64,000 nucleotides of DNA, from positions 17,670,001 to 17,734,000 of the forward strand of contig NC_043015.1 in the NCBI RefSeq assembly GCF_006345805.1, read 5' to 3'. Within the stretch, counting starts at the first letter, position 1; each line of letters opens with the position of its first letter. This document shows, one piece after another, positions 60,125 to 64,000 of this stretch. The notes under the pieces are model-generated. The model saw only the letters and a list, made by a program, of their open reading frames with translations, was not told the DNA's origin and did no database searches. Position numbers and translations under genes: made by a program. The stretch comes from Octopus sinensis (Eukaryota).

Positions 60125-60664
60125 TAAATGTAAAAACAAATATTTCTCATTTGAAAATTTTCAAATGATTAGTTAATGTATATTAGCCAATTACCTGTCA
60201 ATCGGAGAGTGATTGTCAGAGAAATTAAAAGTCATAAATGTGTAAATATAAATGCAAAATCAAGAATTTTTCATTTCAAAATTTCCAAACAATTTCATGC
60301 TAATTTCCAACATTTTGCAACTTCATGTTTTCTGAGGAAACTTTAGAGTTCAGTGAAATATTTGGTAAATACAATCTTCATCTCTAACAGTTAATGTATA
60401 TTAACCCATTACTTCTGACTGAAACAAGTGTATGTCAAAGAAATATAACGTCACAAATGAGTAAACAGTATATGGGAAAAGAATAATTTTTCATTTCAAA
60501 ATCATCAAACAATTTCATTCTGTTTTCCAAGATTTTGTGACTTCAGTGAGATGTTTGGTAAATATATTCTTCGTGTATGTTAAACCTTTACTTCTGAATC
60601 CGCCAAGTGTGTATCATAAAAAAACAATATCATAAATGTGTAATATATTTGTTTTCTCATTTAA
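60125..60664 (+). repeat. Satellite block between telomeric arrays
   Basis: Same monomer. Confidence 0.9.
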
Positions 60665-63600
60665 GAGGGTTATGGTTAAGTTTAGTGTTAGGGATGGGGT
60701 TAGGGTTAAGGTTTGGGTTGGGTTAGGGTTACATTTAGGCTTAGTGTTAGCATTAGGGTTAGGGTGAGGATTAGGGTGAGGGTAATGGTTAGGTTTCAGG
60801 GTAGGCTTATAGTTAGGGTTAGGGTTCAGGTAAGGGTTAGGTTTAGGGCTAGCGTTAAGTTTAGGGTTTGGATTTAGGGCTAGTGTAAGTGTCAGGTTTA
60901 TTGTTAGAGTTAGGGTTACAGTTAGGGTTAGGTTTAGGTTTAGGGTTAGGATTAGGGTAAGTGTTAGGTTTAAGGTGAGGGTTAGGGACAGAGTTAGGGT
61001 TAGTGTTAGTGTGAGGGTTACGGTCAGGGTAATGGTTAAGGTTAGATTTAGTGTTAGTGTTAGGGTTAGGGTCTGCTTTAGGTTTAGGTTTAGGGTTTGG
61101 GTTAGGGTTTGGTTTAGTGTTAGGGTTAGTATTAGGGTTAGTGTTAGGGTTAAGGTTAGGATTAGGGTTAGGTTTAGGGCTAGCATAAAGTGTAGGGTTA
61201 GGTTTAGGGTTAGTGTGTTAGGTTTAGGGTTAGTGTTATGGTTAGGGTTAGAATTAGGGTTGGGCGTAGGGTTAGGTTTAGGGTTAGGTTTGGGGTTAGG
61301 TTTAGGGTTTAGGGTTAGGTTAAGGGCTAGAGTTCAGGATAGGGTTAGGGTTATGGTTTCAGTTGGGGTTAGGATTAGGGTAAGACTTATGGTTAGTATT
61401 AGTGTTAGCGTAGGTTTAGGGCTAAGATTAGGTTTAGGTTTAGGGCTAATATTAGGGTTAGGGCTAGGTTTAGGGTTAGGCTTAGAGTCAGGGTTAGGTT
61501 GAAGATTAAGGTTACTGTTAGGCTTAGGTTTAGGATTAGTGCAAACTTTAGGTTTAGGGTACGGTTAGGATTAGGGTTAGTGTTTGGGTTAGGTTTAGGA
61601 TTAGAGTTAAATTTAGGGTTAGTTTTGTGGTTAGGGTGAGGGTTAAGTTTAGGGTTAGAGTTCAGTTTAGGCTTAGGGATAGGGTTAGGATTAAGGTTAG
61701 GGTAAGGCTGAGTGTTAGGGTTATGGTTAGGGTTAGTGTTAGGATTAGTTTAGGTTTAGGTTTATTAGTTAGGTTTATGGTTAAGGTTAGAGTTAAGTTT
61801 AGGGTTAGGGATAGGAATATGGTTTGGTTTAGGGTTAGGGTTAGGTTGAAGTTTAAGGTTAGTGTTAGGTTTAGGATTAGTGCAAACTTTGTTTAGGGTT
61901 AAGTTTAGGATTAGGGATAGTGTTAGGGTTAGGTTTAGGTTTCGAGTTAGGGTTAAACTTATTTTTAGGTTGAAGGTGAGGTTTAGGGTCAGGATTTTGG
62001 TTAAAGTTATGGTCATGTTTTAGGGTTAGGGTTTGTGTTGCATTTAGCGTTAGGATTAGTTTTAGAGTTGGGGTTATGGTTATGATTAGGATTAGAGTTA
62101 AATTTAGGGTTAGTTTTGTGGTTAGCATTAGGTTTAGTGCTAGGGCTAGACATAGGGTTAGTGTTTGATTTAGCGTTAAGTTTAGGGTTAGATTTAGGGT
62201 TAAGGTTAGTGTTAGTACTAAGGTTAGGGTTAGAGTTAGGATTTGGGTTAGGGTTAAGTTTAGGTTTAGCATCAGGATTAGTGTTAGGGTCATGGTTACT
62301 TTAAGTGTTACGGCTAGGGTTAGTGTTAGGGTTAGGGTTAGGTTTAGTGTTAGTATTAGGATAAGGGTTATCGTTTGGGTAAGGGTTACATTTAGGGTTA
62401 GGCATAGGGCTAGTGTTAGGGTTAGGTTTAGGTTTATGCTTAGTGTTAGTGTTAGGTATAGGATTAGTGCAAGCGATAAGATTAGGGTTAGGTTTAGGCT
62501 TAATGCTAGGGTTAGTTTTAGGGTGAGGGTTAGCGTTGGGGTTAGGGTTAGATTTAGGGTTAGAGATAGGGTTAATATTAGGGTTGGCGTTAACATTAGG
62601 GTTAGGTTTATGGTTAAGTTGAGAGTGAGGTTTAAGGTAAGTTTTCGGGCAAGTGCGAGAGTTAGGTTTTAGGGTTAGCTTTAGTGTTAGGTTTAGTGTT
62701 AGGTTTGGGGTTAGCATTAGGTTTTTGGTTAGGTCTAGTGTTAGGATTAGGTTGAGGGTTAGGAATAGATAGTGGGGTAGGTTTACGGTTAGGTTTAGGG
62801 TTAATGTTAGGGTTAGTGTGAGGTGTAGATTTAGGTCTAGGTTTAGGTTAAGTTTATGATTAGGGTTAGGTTTCGTGTGATTGTTAGAGTTAGGGTTAGG
62901 GTTGGGGTTAGGACTAGTGTTAGGGTGAGGGATATGGTTTATGGTAGGGTTAGGTTTAAGGTTAGGTTTAGGTATAGTGTTAGGGTTAAGGTTAGGGTTA
63001 ACGTAAGGGTTGGTTTCGGGTAAGGTTTAAGGTTAAGGTGAGGTTTAATGTTAAGGTTTGAGTTCATGGTAGGGTTAGCATTAGTGTTAGGTTTCTTCGT
63101 AGGTTTAGCGTTAGAGTTAGGTTTAGGTTTATGGTTAGGTTTAGTGTTTGGCTTAGGATTTGGGTTAGTTTTAGAGTTAGGTTAAGTGTTAGGATTAGGG
63201 TTAGGTTTAGGGTAGTTTTAAGGTTACTATTACCGTTAGGCTTAGGTTTAAGTTTAGGGTTAGGGCTAGGGTTTGTGTTAGGTTATGTTCAGGGTTATGG
63301 TTATGTTTAGTGTGAGTGTTAGGGTTAGTGTGAGGACAAGGTTAGGGTTAGTTTTATGGTTAGCGTTAGGTTTAGTGTTAGAGTAAGACAGGGCTCGTGT
63401 TTGAGTTAGGGCAACGGTTAGGGTTAGTGCTAATGTTAGGGTTAGAGTTAGGGTTTGGGTTAGGGTTTGGTTTAGGGTTAGGTTGAGGGTTAGTGTTTGG
63501 GTTAGTATTAGGGTTAGTTTTAGGGTTAGGTTTAGGTTTATGGTTAGTGTTAGTGTTAGGGATAGGATTAGTGTAAGCGATGGGATTAGGGTTAGGGTTA

Positions 63601-64000
63601 ATGTTAGCTTTACTGTTAGGGTGAGGGTTAGCATTGGGGTTTTAGTTAGGGTTACATTTAGGGTTAGTGATAGTGTTAGTATTAGGGCTGGAGTTAGTAT
63701 TGAGGTTAGGTTTATAGTTAGATTGAGAGTGAAGTTTAAGGTAAGTTTTCAGGTAAGTGTCAGGCTTAAGTTTAGGTTTTAGGGTTAGCTTTATTCTGCT
63801 TGTTCCCTAATTCCCGCCCTTCAAACTTCACAGCTCAGCATCGTCTATACCAACTCGTGCTCCTTATTTCCAAAGTTCAGCGAATTATTTACACTGGCCA
63901 TGCGTTTAGGCTAATGTTTAGTGTTATTGTTAGGATTAAGTTTAGGGTTAAGGTTAGGGTTAGGGTTATAATTAGTGTTAGGGTGAGTGTTAGCATTAGG
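60665..64000 (+). repeat. Degenerate (TTAGGG)n array running to the window end, with a unique insert at ~63789-63905
   Basis: Direct reading. Confidence 0.97.

Noticed and set aside
57946-63782. Many long ORFs encoding VR-, LG- or LT/NP-dipeptide repeats
   Set aside because: They are an automatic result of TTAGGG 6-nt periodicity. Telomeric dipeptide translation has been reported in mammalian cells, but nothing in this sequence supports expression.

Overview
This window is eukaryotic, AT-rich and almost entirely repetitive DNA. The SINE, RTE and satellite families look like those of an octopus; that assignment is recalled from memory and not verified. There is no prokaryotic operon or CRISPR array. 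From left to right it contains: (1) a decayed Tx1/L1-type LINE fragment (ORF1 end plus endonuclease); (2) an ~8 kb cluster of ORF1-only 'half-LINE'-like units (family A) in both orientations; (3) three adjacent Tc1/mariner elements, tRNA-derived SINEs and RTE LINEs, with a few candidate minus-strand host exons between them; (4) a ~210-250 bp satellite with repeated polarity switches; (5) a near-intact CR1-group LINE inside a hAT remnant, whose ORF1 has a Myb/SANT-like domain and a CCCH finger; (6) a deleted Gypsy element whose 5' LTR is split by a 6.6 kb head-to-tail array of a second ORF1-only family (B), each unit bounded by a 13-bp motif; (7) an LTR with ~125-bp inverted termini whose promoter signals face away from its PBS and gag; (8) degenerate (TTAGGG)n arrays mixed with satellite and carrying a minimal hammerhead ribozyme. 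The overall layout suggests a subtelomeric or interstitial-telomeric region. Coordinates of decayed elements are approximate. All domain calls come from reading motifs by eye, not from database searches.
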